Shown one piece after another: positions 42,900 through 56,029 of a stretch of DNA of 64,000 bases. Made by a program: the position numbers and the translations under genes. Source of the DNA: Naegleria gruberi (lineage: Eukaryota). The notes under the pieces are model-generated. The model saw only the letters and a program-made list of their open reading frames with translations. It did not search any database and had not been told where the DNA came from. The DNA lies in assembly GCA_000004985.1 (NCBI GenBank), contig GG738856.1; one strand, given 5' to 3'. Numbering within the stretch: position 1 is the stretch's first letter; each line of letters starts with the position of its first letter.

Positions 42900-44806
42900 A
42901 TGAGGAAATTAGATATACAACAAATATTATCTTCACCTCTTACTCAACAACAACAACAAGTTTCACCTAAATATCATCATCCACATCATAATACAAATGT
43001 TAGCCCTCATCATGTCACTTTTTTATCACCACCTCAAACTTCAAATTCATCATCAACAACACCATCCCACCAACATCAACCTCCTTCATCAATAATACAT
43101 TCACAACAATATCTTCATCCACCAATAAATAATTCAACAACATCATTACAACCACCTAATAGTTCTGGAACAGTATCATATGGTGGATTAGGAGGATATA
43201 GTGGAATGCCACCTTATTCACCTATTTTAAATCAACACAATTTAAAACCCAAACGTATTAAATCAAGTATTGAAAGAAAATCACAGAAAATACCATGGGA
43301 ATTACCAACTATTAAAAGAGTTATTAGAATACAAAGTGCACCTAGGAAATATGTTAATAATTCATCATCTTCATCATCTTCATCTTCAAATATTAAATAT
43401 CAACGTAATATAAATACAAGTATATGTAGTGATGGTAAAATTGTATCAAGAAGAAAATATGAACAAGAACAAGAATTTACAAATGAATATGAAACACAAA
43501 GTTATCATGATGATGATCAAGATGAAGATGATGTAAATAATATAATAGATGATGATAATGAATATTTAGAAGAGGAAGAATATGAAGAAGAAGAACCAGA
43601 ATATATTTCAAATTATCATCCAAAACATTTTCATCGTAATATTGAACAAGATGAATTAGAACAACAACAACAATATGAATTGGAACAATCACAACAATAT
43701 GAATCAACAGAAGATGAACAATATGAAGAAGAACCAGAAGAAAGAGAAGATGAATATCAACAAGATGATAATATTTCATATAATTCAAATAATAATTCAA
43801 ATAATTTCAATAACAAACGAGTGATTAATAATGGAAAGAAATCATTTAAAAATCAATTAAATAATAATAGAAAAATTCAACAACAACAATATGAAGAAGA
43901 AAATAATGAAGAGGAACAACCTATTATTGAAGAAGAAGAAGAATCAAAACAATCTATAATAGAAGAAGAAGATGATTATACACCTCCACCACCTAAACCT
44001 AAAAAACCATTTTTAAAAAAAAAGAAACCTATTTCTGTAATACCTCCTAAAAATAATAATATGAAAAAATCAAAATCAAATTCAAATATAGAAGATGAAA
44101 ATAATTTAAATATTTTAAATAATTCTAATAATAGTAGTAATAATATAAATAATATAAATGAAGAATTAATTAATGAAATTTCATTTAATTATGAAGGAGA
44201 AGGAGGAGGAAGTGGAGATGAATTTTCATCAAGTTTAAATAGTAGTTTTAAAAGTACATATTCAAGTAGAAGTTTAAAATCTAGTAGAAGAAGAGTTTTA
44301 AATAGATATAATGATACTTCTATAAATAGTAATATTAATGTTAATAATTCAAATTCTAATAATAATTTAAATAATTTAAATAATAAATTAAATAAGAAAT
44401 ATATTTTAAAAGAAGGTGAAGATTCTATAATAGTTTCATTAGGTAATAAAAATCAACCACCACAATCTAAAAATAATTTAAAAAGAAATTTAATTACTCC
44501 TATAAATGGAAATAATAATTTATTTGTAAATGTTAATAATAATAATAATTTAAATTCAAGTATTGGTCAAAATAATGAAGATGAAATATTAGATAAATGT
44601 TTAAATGATCCTGAAAATGAAATATTGGTATGTTAATTTAATATTTAATATTTATTTAATATTTAATTTAATGATCATGTATTTAAATAATTTAAATAGA
44701 ATTGTATTGAATTTATTCAATCAGAAGGATGGGAAGATCAATTATCAGGTATAATGTTAATTATAAGATTAGCTAAATTTCATTCAGATGTTATTGATTC
44801 TAAAAT
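42900..44806 (+). CDS. Low-complexity (Q/N/S/E-rich) protein. The first exon is 42900..44627 and a second is 44700..44806. The 3' continuation is unresolved.
   Basis: The long ORF ends with a GTATGT donor in phase 0. The next in-frame exon encodes NCIEFIQSEGWEDQLSGIMLIIRLAKFHSDVIDSK (HEAT/TOG-like flavour) and ends at a GTATGT donor. I could not trace further exons in 44900..45880. Confidence 0.35.
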
Positions 44807-45879
44807 GTATGTTTTTATTTAATAATTTTAATAATTTTATAATAATTTTAAAATAATTTTATAATAATTTTAATAATAATATTATAATCATGTTAATGAT
44901 AAGATTTATTGGGATTTTGTTAAAATTATTGATAAAAATTAATTCTTTTTTAATTTTTTATTAATCCAAATATATTCTTGTTTCTGAGCTTATTATATTT
45001 CCTATATCACTAAGATGTACATCATAAAATAGACAAAAGAGAGGAATTGAAATATTTGTTACAAAAGTTATGTACTACTACCTATTACATTTCTAAGTTG
45101 GGTTGCAATATAAATTATAAACGTAAGTGCTATTGACTAATTATGTTCAATAAATTAACTAGACTATTGAATACAGTGTACTTGTGTATATTTCTAAAAC
45201 AACTAACTAATTCTAAACATAGAATATATAATAGAGTACAATATTGATAATAAACTCCATAACAGCAACAATAGTCATAAGACGACCGAAATCAATCGAG
45301 TAATATAATATCAGTAACCAGTAACTAAACGAATGTATTTAGTCATTCAAAATAATGGCGTTAACATAACACTGCACTTCAAAAACTTATTGTATATTCT
45401 GTGTTACCAATACACTTTACTTACACAAGCATCTTCAACCTATATTATTTGATGAAGACACCACAAGATTAGAATACGTAAGATATGTTAAGTACTGATA
45501 ACAGATATTACCTATGTGTATAACATCCACTATCTGCAGTCAATGCGTGTGTACAATTCACTACACTCTTACGAAATAAATTGTGTTACAACTTGATATT
45601 GCCCCGAGTTCGTAATGCGTACTCTAACGACTTGGTATGTTCACAAAAAAATTGAGATTTTCCATGCATAAACTAAGGAAATGGATGAACAGAGGGAAAA
45701 GGCAACAAATTTAAGCTTCCAACACAAAGATCAGCCCAATCATTAGTCTCTCTATTAACAAATAACTGTCTCATGCCACTTGATGCCACGTTGAATTCGT
45801 TTGATTCAACGACCATGTGAAATCTCATTGCTGATGTTATGAGATTGGACATTAAATGTCATTTATCAATTAAAAAAAA

Positions 45880-46579
45880 ATGACATTAAGAGAAATTATT
45901 AAACAAAATATTAATGATCTTTTAGATTGTACTCAACAATGTATTCTAGGAAATGTTAGTATTTTTATTAATTGTATTCTATATTTAAATTATAATTTTA
46001 AAATTAAAAAAGGGATTTAAAATTGAATTATTACCATCATCTAATAATAATAATAATAATATTCAACAAGGTAATAATAGTGGTGATAATGATAAAATAG
46101 AAATTAAATGTAAAATAGAAGGACCTATTAATAGTATATTAGAAGGTGGATCATATCCTATTTTAATAATAATAACATCAAATGAATATCCATTAAAACC
46201 ACCTAAATGTATTTGTAAATGTGGAATATGTCATCCAAATATATATCCAAGTGGTACTATGGATTTACCATTATTACAATCAAATAATTGGAATCAATTT
46301 ATTTTAACTAATAATTTAAATAATATAAATAATAATATAAATAATTTAAATATAATTAAAATATTATTATTAGAAATTCAAAAATTTTTAATTGAATATA
46401 ATATAAATGATCCATGTAATTGTGAAGGATATTTATTAATTAAAAATCAATTACAATTATTTAATTCATTAGCAAGAAAACAAGCAATTTTATATAAATA
46501 TGATAATAGAATAATTAATCAACATTTTAAATTGAATTTTAATTTATTATTTAATGATTGTTATTTTAATTTTAATTAA
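45880..46579 (+). CDS. Ubiquitin-conjugating-enzyme fold protein lacking the catalytic Cys (UEV-like). Two exons: 45880..45954 and 46013..46579.
   Basis: Carries UBC-fold landmarks (IEGPINSILEGGSYPILIIITSNEYPLKPPK, HPNIYPSG, NINDPCNCEG, FNSLARKQ). At the G.ICLDIL position the sequence reads GTMDLPLL, putting Asp in place of the active-site Cys. An Asn-rich insertion follows. The intron has a GTTAGT donor and an AAAAAAG acceptor. Confidence 0.6.
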
Positions 46580-46681
46580 ATATTATTATTATTATTATTA
46601 TTGTAATTAAAAATATAATAATAATAATATTAATGAATAAATTGTTGTTGTTTAAAATTCTTCAAGTTCAATTAAAAAAAA

Positions 46682-47483
46682 ATGACCAACGATAAAATAT
46701 CAACTACAACAACAACACCTTCATCATCTGATCAACAAGAAGAAGAACAACAACATCACTCCGATGCTTCTTCTTCTTCTTCATCATCATTATCTGATAG
46801 TAGTGATCATGAAGATGAAAATACAACAATAACATCATCATCTAATAATAATAATAATTCTAATTCTTCTAATAATAATAATAATAATAAATTATCAAAA
46901 TATTCACAAAGATTATTTAATTTACAATTAAGAATGAATCAAGCTAAACAAGATAATATAGAACAATTAAAAGAAGAAGAAGAAGAATTAGATTATAAAA
47001 AGAAAGTTTATTATAAACATAAAAATATAATTGAAAATGAAATGATGACACATATAAATGTAACATTGAATGAATCTCTAGAATTTGAGAAGAAGAGAAA
47101 ACGTTCACAAAAAGAACAACCACAAGGATGGGAATCTTTAAATTCAAATGCATTATATAAACAACATAAAAAGAGAATTAAACAAAATATTACAAATACT
47201 AATAATAATATTACAAATACAAATACAAATATTAATGAATCAACATTAGATAATAATTTATTATCATATGGATCAACTATTAATAATAATAATTTAATAA
47301 CAGAAGAGAATAAACAAGTAATGGTAAATGAATTGACACAAAAAAAGAAATCAAATAAAAAGAAGAAGAATGATGAAGATTCAGATGAAACTGTATTATA
47401 TATTAATAATACTAACAAACATTTTACAAAATCTCTAAGTAAAGCCTATGATAATATACTGATGATATTAGATCTAATTTAGA
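46682..47483 (+). CDS. SYF2-like pre-mRNA splicing factor. The 3' end probably continues into the assembly gap.
   Basis: An acidic Ser-rich N-terminus, a central coiled helix (SKYSQRLFNLQLRMNQAKQDNIEQLKEEEEE), then ETVLYINNTNKHFTKSLSKAYD, which resembles the SYF2 C-terminal block (YINERNKHFNKKLARAYDKYT). The apparent stop lies 1 nt before the N-run. Confidence 0.4.
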
Positions 47484-50400
47484 NNNNNNNNNNNNNNNNN
47501 NNNNNNNNNNNNNNNNNNNNNNNNNNNNNNNNNNNNNNNNNNNNNNNNNNNNNNNNNNNNNNNNNNNNNNNNNNNNNNNNNNNNNNNNNNNNNNNNNNNN
47601 NNNNNNNNNNNNNNNNNNNNNNNNNNNNNNNNNNNNNNNNNNNNNNNNNNNNNNNNNNNNNNNNNNNNNNNNNNNNNNNNNNNNNNNNNNNNNNNNNNNN
47701 NNNNNNNNNNNNNNNNNNNNNNNNNNNNNNNNNNNNNNNNNNNNNNNNNNNNNNNNNNNNNNNNNNNNNNNNNNNNNNNNNNNNNNNNNNNNNNNNNNNN
47801 NNNNNNNNNNNNNNNNNNNNNNNNNNNNNNNNNNNNNNNNNNNNNNNNNNNNNNNNNNNNNNNNNNNNNNNNNNNNNNNNNNNNNNNNNNNNNNNNNNNN
47901 NNNNNNNNNNNNNNNNNNNNNNNNNNNNNNNNNNNNNNNNNNNNNNNNNNNNNNNNNNNNNNNNNNNNNNNNNNNNNNNNNNNNNNNNNNNNNNNNNNNN
48001 NNNNNNNNNNNNNNNNNNNNNNNNNNNNNNNNNNNNNNNNNNNNNNNNNNNNNNNNNNNNNNNNNNNNNNNNNNNNNNNNNNNNNNNNNNNNNNNNNNNN
48101 NNNNNNNNNNNNNNNNNNNNNNNNNNNNNNNNNNNNNNNNNNNNNNNNNNNNNNNNNNNNNNNNNNNNNNNNNNNNNNNNNNNNNNNNNNNNNNNNNNNN
48201 NNNNNNNNNNNNNNNNNNNNNNNNNNNNNNNNNNNNNNNNNNNNNNNNNNNNNNNNNNNNNNNNNNNNNNNNNNNNNNNNNNNNNNNNNNNNNNNNNNNN
48301 NNNNNNNNNNNNNNNNNNNNNNNNNNNNNNNNNNNNNNNNNNNNNNNNNNNNNNNNNNNNNNNNNNNNNNNNNNNNNNNNNNNNNNNNNNNNNNNNNNNN
48401 NNNNNNNNNNNNNNNNNNNNNNNNNNNNNNNNNNNNNNNNNNNNNNNNNNNNNNNNNNNNNNNNNNNNNNNNNNNNNNNNNNNNNNNNNNNNNNNNNNNN
48501 NNNNNNNNNNNNNNNNNNNNNNNNNNNNNNNNNNNNNNNNNNNNNNNNNNNNNNNNNNNNNNNNNNNNNNNNNNNNNNNNNNNNNNNNNNNNNNNNNNNN
48601 NNNNNNNNNNNNNNNNNNNNNNNNNNNNNNNNNNNNNNNNNNNNNNNNNNNNNNNNNNNNNNNNNNNNNNNNNNNNNNNNNNNNNNNNNNNNNNNNNNNN
48701 NNNNNNNNNNNNNNNNNNNNNNNNNNNNNNNNNNNNNNNNNNNNNNNNNNNNNNNNNNNNNNNNNNNNNNNNNNNNNNNNNNNNNNNNNNNNNNNNNNNN
48801 NNNNNNNNNNNNNNNNNNNNNNNNNNNNNNNNNNNNNNNNNNNNNNNNNNNNNNNNNNNNNNNNNNNNNNNNNNNNNNNNNNNNNNNNNNNNNNNNNNNN
48901 NNNNNNNNNNNNNNNNNNNNNNNNNNNNNNNNNNNNNNNNNNNNNNNNNNNNNNNNNNNNNNNNNNNNNNNNNNNNNNNNNNNNNNNNNNNNNNNNNNNN
49001 NNNNNNNNNNNNNNNNNNNNNNNNNNNNNNNNNNNNNNNNNNNNNNNNNNNNNNNNNNNNNNNNNNNNNNNNNNNNNNNNNNNNNNNNNNNNNNNNNNNN
49101 NNNNNNNNNNNNNNNNNNNNNNNNNNNNNNNNNNNNNNNNNNNNNNNNNNNNNNNNNNNNNNNNNNNNNNNNNNNNNNNNNNNNNNNNNNNNNNNNNNNN
49201 NNNNNNNNNNNNNNNNNNNNNNNNNNNNNNNNNNNNNNNNNNNNNNNNNNNNNNNNNNNNNNNNNNNNNNNNNNNNNNNNNNNNNNNNNNNNNNNNNNNN
49301 NNNNNNNNNNNNNNNNNNNNNNNNNNNNNNNNNNNNNNNNNNNNNNNNNNNNNNNNNNNNNNNNNNNNNNNNNNNNNNNNNNNNNNNNNNNNNNNNNNNN
49401 NNNNNNNNNNNNNNNNNNNNNNNNNNNNNNNNNNNNNNNNNNNNNNNNNNNNNNNNNNNNNNNNNNNNNNNNNNNNNNNNNNNNNNNNNNNNNNNNNNNN
49501 NNNNNNNNNNNNNNNNNNNNNNNNNNNNNNNNNNNNNNNNNNNNNNNNNNNNNNNNNNNNNNNNNNNNNNNNNNNNNNNNNNNNNNNNNNNNNNNNNNNN
49601 NNNNNNNNNNNNNNNNNNNNNNNNNNNNNNNNNNNNNNNNNNNNNNNNNNNNNNNNNNNNNNNNNNNNNNNNNNNNNNNNNNNNNNNNNNNNNNNNNNNN
49701 NNNNNNNNNNNNNNNNNNNNNNNNNNNNNNNNNNNNNNNNNNNNNNNNNNNNNNNNNNNNNNNNNNNNNNNNNNNNNNNNNNNNNNNNNNNNNNNNNNNN
49801 NNNNNNNNNNNNNNNNNNNNNNNNNNNNNNNNNNNNNNNNNNNNNNNNNNNNNNNNNNNNNNNNNNNNNNNNNNNNNNNNNNNNNNNNNNNNNNNNNNNN
49901 NNNNNNNNNNNNNNNNNNNNNNNNNNNNNNNNNNNNNNNNNNNNNNNNNNNNNNNNNNNNNNNNNNNNNNNNNNNNNNNNNNNNNNNNNNNNNNNNNNNN
50001 NNNNNNNNNNNNNNNNNNNNNNNNNNNNNNNNNNNNNNNNNNNNNNNNNNNNNNNNNNNNNNNNNNNNNNNNNNNNNNNNNNNNNNNNNNNNNNNNNNNN
50101 NNNNNNNNNNNNNNNNNNNNNNNNNNNNNNNNNNNNNNNNNNNNNNNNNNNNNNNNNNNNNNNNNNNNNNNNNNNNNNNNNNNNNNNNNNNNNNNNNNNN
50201 NNNNNNNNNNNNNNNNNNNNNNNNNNNNNNNNNNNNNNNNNNNNNNNNNNNNNNNNNNNNNNNNNNNNNNNNNNNNNNNNNNNNNNNNNNNNNNNNNNNN
50301 NNNNNNNNNNNNNNNNNNNNNNNNNNNNNNNNNNNNNNNNNNNNNNNNNNNNNNNNNNNNNNNNNNNNNNNNNNNNNNNNNNNNNNNNNNNNNNNNNNNN

Positions 50401-51244
50401 NNNNNNNNNNNNNNNNNNNNNNNNNNNNNNNNNNNNNNNNNNNNNNNNNNNNNNNNNNNNNNNNNNNNNNNNNNNNNNNNNNNNNNNNNNNNNNNNNNNN
50501 NNNNNNNNNNNNNNNNNNNNNNNNNNNNNNNNNNNNNNNNNNNNNNNNNNNNNNNNNNNNNNNNNNNNNNNNNNNNNNNNNNNNNNNNNNNNNNNNNNNN
50601 NNNNNNNNNNNNNNNNNNNNNNNNNNNNNNNNNNNNNNNNNNNNNNNNNNNNNNNNNNNNNNNNNNNNNNNNNNNNNNNNNNNNNNNNNNNNNNNNNNNN
50701 NNNNNNNNNNNNNNNNNNNNNNNNNNNNNNNNNNNNNNNNNNNNNNNNNNNNNNNNNNNNNNNNNNNNNNNNNNNNNNNNNNNNNNNNNNNNNNNNNNNN
50801 NNNNNNNNNNNNNNNNNNNNNNNNNNNNNNNNNNNNNNNNNNNNNNNNNNNNNNNNNNNNNNNNNNNNNNNNNNNNNNNNNNNNNNNNNNNNNNNNNNNN
50901 NNNNNNNNNNNNNNNNNNNNNNNNNNNNNNNNNNNNNNNNNNNNNNNNNNNNNNNNNNNNNNNNNNNNNNNNNNNNNNNNNNNNNNNNNNNNNNNNNNNN
51001 NNNNNNNNNNNNNNNNNNNNNNNNNNNNNNNNNNNNNNNNNNNNNNNNNNNNNNNNNNNNNNNNNNNNNNNNNNNNNNNNNNNNNNNNNNNNNNNNNNNN
51101 NNNNNNNNNNNNNNNNNNNNNNNNNNNNNNNNNNNNNNNNNNNNNNNNNNNNNNNNNNNNNNNNNNNNNNNNNNNNNNNNNNNNNNNNNNNNNNNNNNNN
51201 NNNNNNNNNNNNNNNNNNNNNNNNNNNNNNNNNNNNNNNNNNNN
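47484..51244. other. Assembly gap of 3761 N.
   Basis: Poly-N run. The ORF-track entries 47424..51269 and 47479..51249 are translations of N and are meaningless. Confidence 1.
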
Positions 51245-52445
51245 TGCACTTACATTGGATCAAATTCATAGAGCAGTATTTGTTAGTATTAATACACCTA
51301 TTGAAACATTATCAGTACAAGAATTATCAAATTTCTTTTCATTTTGTGGTAGTGTTGAAAAGATTATAATGGTAGATGATTTAAATGGAGCAGTTGTATG
51401 TTTAGAAAATAATGAATCATTCTCTACTTCATTATTATTAAATGAAATGAAATTAAATGAAAAGACACAATTATATATTTTTAATTTGTGTGATTTACTT
51501 GGAATTCCAAGAAAAAAATCATCACCTAATCAAGTACCATTAAATAATTCACAACAACATCAACAACAATATGAAACATTTGAAACACCTTCATCACAAT
51601 TAGCTATTCAAGGATTATTTCAAGAAGGTTTTATTCAATCTAAATTAATATTTGAACAATTAAAAAGTAAAGCTATTAAATTAGATCAAGAGAATGATAT
51701 TTCTAAAAAAGTACAATATTCATTAAATTATAGTAAAGATCAATGGATTAAATTTGCTAAACAAATGAATGAAAATGTTGAAAATGTAAAATTAACATTT
51801 ATACCAATTAGAGAATCATTTAATTTACAAACAGTTTCACAAAGAGCTGAACAATTAAATACACAAACACAACAATATTTCTCATATATTAAATCAAGAG
51901 CAAAAGAATTAGGTAAAGATTTAAATGAAAAGATTAAACAACAAGATCAAAAAACTCAATTCACTGCTAAAATTAAAGATATGAAAATTGAAGAAAATTT
52001 ATCAAAGGCAGGTGAAGCTGTTGCAAAGAATTGGTCTGCAATGACTTCTTTTTTTAAACAAAAGGTTTCATCTAATAATTCTAATAGCTCTACATTTAAT
52101 CATTCTAATAATTCAATTAATTCTACATCATATAATAATCAATATAATCAATATAATTCAAGTGAAGATTCCTATTATAATAATACACAAACAAACAAAT
52201 CATTACCACCACTTCCAAATAAGAATAAGCAACAACCAATTACTTCACTTGAACAAGATGATTCAATGTGGTCTAATGATAATAATAATTCATCAAATAA
52301 TCAACCACAATATTCATTAGATACAAATGAAGATGATGATTTCCCTGTTGAATATCAAAATACTACTACAACTAGTACTATTACTACCACTGCTAATAAT
52401 AATAATACAAATAATCAACAAAGTGCTGATAGTTTCTTTGATTAA
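51245..52445 (+). CDS. Partial CDS with its 5' end in the gap: an RRM-like fold followed by a long Q/N/S-rich tail.
   Basis: The frame is open from the gap edge. VFVSINTPIETLSVQELSNFFSFCGSVEKIIMVDDLNGAVVCLENNESFSTSLLLNEMKL resembles an RRM-like beta-alpha-beta unit. Confidence 0.35.
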
Positions 52446-52795
52446 ATAAAAATACTTTTATTCATTGTTAAAACAATTAAATGATATTTTCAAATAATCA
52501 ATTCATTTTCATTTTATTCGTAGCTATAATTTATAAAAATTTACAATCTTTAAAAAAAATTATTTAATTATTTAATTAAATTTATTAAATATAATTTGAA
52601 AAAAGATTACTAAATTGGATTTTCAATGGGTGGACGTATTTCTATACATTTTAGTAAATTATATTCAAAATTAGTTGATAATTTAAAAAATAAGGAAAAT
52701 GTACAAGTTATGAATACTAAAGATATGACAGTTTGGGAATTTTTTAAGATTGATTCTTCTTTTAATTAAAATAACTTAATTCTCACAAAAATTGT

Positions 52796-53064
52796 TTAAT
52801 TGATATTTCTCAAATCAACAAGTGTTTGAATAGTTTGATCAGTTGTTGTTGAGCTACTAGTTGGTTGTTGATTAGTTTCTTGTTGTTGTTGATTATTGAG
52901 TTGACCATTTTGTTGGTGCTTTGATCTTCTATTCATTCCTCTTTGCATGTTACCTTGTTGTCTTGATTTTTTCATTCCACCTGCTTTTTGCATTCTATTG
53001 TTTTGTTGAGATGATTCAGTGTTGGATTGATTACCTAAATGTTGTCTATTATTCATTTGCATTC
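52796..53064 (-). CDS. Partial Q/N-rich CDS running into the gap. Low-complexity.
   Basis: ORF 52796..53062 on the minus strand is open at the gap edge. Low information content. Confidence 0.25.
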
Positions 53065-53947
53065 NNNNNNNNNNNNNNNNNNNNNNNNNNNNNNNNNNNN
53101 NNNNNNNNNNNNNNNNNNNNNNNNNNNNNNNNNNNNNNNNNNNNNNNNNNNNNNNNNNNNNNNNNNNNNNNNNNNNNNNNNNNNNNNNNNNNNNNNNNNN
53201 NNNNNNNNNNNNNNNNNNNNNNNNNNNNNNNNNNNNNNNNNNNNNNNNNNNNNNNNNNNNNNNNNNNNNNNNNNNNNNNNNNNNNNNNNNNNNNNNNNNN
53301 NNNNNNNNNNNNNNNNNNNNNNNNNNNNNNNNNNNNNNNNNNNNNNNNNNNNNNNNNNNNNNNNNNNNNNNNNNNNNNNNNNNNNNNNNNNNNNNNNNNN
53401 NNNNNNNNNNNNNNNNNNNNNNNNNNNNNNNNNNNNNNNNNNNNNNNNNNNNNNNNNNNNNNNNNNNNNNNNNNNNNNNNNNNNNNNNNNNNNNNNNNNN
53501 NNNNNNNNNNNNNNNNNNNNNNNNNNNNNNNNNNNNNNNNNNNNNNNNNNNNNNNNNNNNNNNNNNNNNNNNNNNNNNNNNNNNNNNNNNNNNNNNNNNN
53601 NNNNNNNNNNNNNNNNNNNNNNNNNNNNNNNNNNNNNNNNNNNNNNNNNNNNNNNNNNNNNNNNNNNNNNNNNNNNNNNNNNNNNNNNNNNNNNNNNNNN
53701 NNNNNNNNNNNNNNNNNNNNNNNNNNNNNNNNNNNNNNNNNNNNNNNNNNNNNNNNNNNNNNNNNNNNNNNNNNNNNNNNNNNNNNNNNNNNNNNNNNNN
53801 NNNNNNNNNNNNNNNNNNNNNNNNNNNNNNNNNNNNNNNNNNNNNNNNNNNNNNNNNNNNNNNNNNNNNNNNNNNNNNNNNNNNNNNNNNNNNNNNNNNN
53901 NNNNNNNNNNNNNNNNNNNNNNNNNNNNNNNNNNNNNNNNNNNNNNN
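53065..53947. other. Assembly gap of 883 N.
   Basis: Poly-N run. Confidence 1.
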
Positions 53948-54114
53948 GATGTATTTATGATACGAGTGGAACTATTGATTCGAACTAGTTTTTATATTAT
54001 TGTTCTAACACCATAACATCTCAATTACTATAAATGTCAATTAATGGACTAGTAGGACGGAGTTATCATTTCCAATTCCAATTCAAAGTAATTATAGCAA
54101 GTATTAAAATAAAT

Positions 54115-56029
54115 TTATTGACCTAATAAATTACCAAGTAAACCCTTCTCTGCCAAATAACCCAAAGTATTTCCAGGACCACATATTTGACTAAATACAT
54201 TAACATCTTCAATACATAACTTGAATAAGAATTGACAAATCATTGTTTTGAAATTATAATTATAATCTGACATTCTTCCAACAAATAAACATTTCACTGG
54301 TTTAAATGATAAATCAATTGCATCTAATGCATCAATTTTAGTTTGATTATTTGCTTGTTCATTATCTTCATTATCTTCTATATCTTCTTCATCATGTTCT
54401 TGTTCTTCTTCATGTTCATGTTGTTGATTTCTACTTGTTCTTTGTTCAATATATTCTTGTACATAATCAGGTATATGAGGAGGTGTATTTAATATCCAAT
54501 TTGTATTTTCAAATATCCAATCACAAAATATTATTCTAAATTCACTTCCCAATGTAGGTGTTTCTTCATCTGAGAAATTAATACAATTTATAAATATTCC
54601 AACAAGTGGTGTTAAATAATCTGTATATAAATCTGAATCTACATTATAATTAATATATTCACCTAATAAAGCATATAATATTGCCTTATTTGGTATTAAA
54701 TTAGAATTAGAATCTACAAGACATAAAATTTCCTTCTTTTGTAAAGTAGTAAATTCTGTCAAATTCTGAATAGTATGTTTCATTAGAGTTTTTAATTGAG
54801 ATTTGAAATTTATCATGTGATAGAGTAAATCTTCATCATCTTCTTTATCATCATCACTAGTTGTTGATTTTTTATAAATTTCACTTGATCTAATATTTAT
54901 ATGAACAGAGAGTGATGTAAAGAGATGAATTGTTTTTTGAACAAGTGGTTTAAAACTAAATTAATAATTTAAGTATATAATTAAATAGTTAAATACATTT
55001 AAATAGTTAGTTAAATATATTTAAATAATAAAAATAATTAAAAAACATACCAATTTAAAATTTCTTGTAATTCTTCCTTTTCTAAATGAACAGATAAACA
55101 ATAACTAGTTTTAAATAAATCTTCAATAAAACTTAAAAAGAATGGTTTAAATGTAAATGATGAAATTGACATGTTCAAATTCTTTTCAACTTGTATAAAA
55201 TTATCTTGATTTAGAAATTCACGTTGATCCTCATTATAGATATTACCATATTTGTTTAAATGATTTTCAATCCAATTTGAAAAATAATGAAAAGCCTTTT
55301 CAATAACCAATAATAATATTGTAATATTTTCCTTGATAAATAATTTAGCATTTTCCTTTTCAAATGTCATGTAAAATAATAATCTTGTAAATAAAAAGTG
55401 TTCTTCAAAGTTTTCCTTTTTTAAATTTCTAATCAAATTATTCTTTTAAATAAGAAACTTACATTTTCAAATATCTTTTCAATTAGTAAAGTTAATTGTG
55501 ATTTAAATTCCTCACTATTACATAACCATATTCTCAACTCTGATGAATGATGAATTAAATTTAATAAACATTTAAAAGTACAATTCATAGTTTCGAATAG
55601 TTTGGTTGTTCTTGTTGTTGATGTACTTTCCAAAGTGTATTTGATCAATAATTTACTAATAAATTCAATGACTTGAATATTTAATATTGAATCTAATCCA
55701 TCATATTCTCTCAATAATAAACGAAGTACATTTAAACCTGATTCTATATTATTATTGTTATTATTAGTATTATTAGTATTCATACTATTCGATTCTGTTT
55801 GTTGTAAATATTTAAATAATAAATTTAAAAATTGTGATTTGATGCTTGATGAAGGGAATGGATGTGGAATGAATCTTGTTTGAATATTAAAATCATCATT
55901 AAATTGATCAATCACATCAATATTTAATGTTATTTCGGATAATGAAGATGATGATGATTCTAATTGTTTGATCAAATCAAATAATGGACCATCATTATTA
56001 ATAGGTCCTCTTTCACTCATAAAAAACAT
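54115..56029 (-). CDS. RIC8: Ric-8 / synembryn (G-alpha chaperone/GEF). At least three exons: about 56029..55455, about 55440..55051, and 54955..54115.
   Basis: The C-terminal block FKTMICQFLFKLCIEDVNVFSQICGPGNTLGYLAEKGLLG matches the Ric-8 [39 protein letters not shown] motif, and the body is armadillo-like. The exon 2/3 junction is clean (GTATGT donor in phase 2, TTTAG acceptor; total 841 nt). The exon 1/2 junction near 55433..55455 is unresolved. Confidence 0.65.

Noticed and set aside
44940-45880. Block that seemed compositionally atypical (less AT-rich, ORF-free) and so a possible foreign or mobile-element remnant.
   Set aside because: Other intergenic segments here (for example 23517..24354 and 32520..32940) have the same complex composition. 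It is therefore normal for this genome, and I kept it only as an unresolved-exon note.
47424-51269. ORF-track entries of 1281 and 1256 aa composed of X residues, and X-containing entries at 52921..54016.
   Set aside because: They are translations of N-runs (assembly gaps), not genes.
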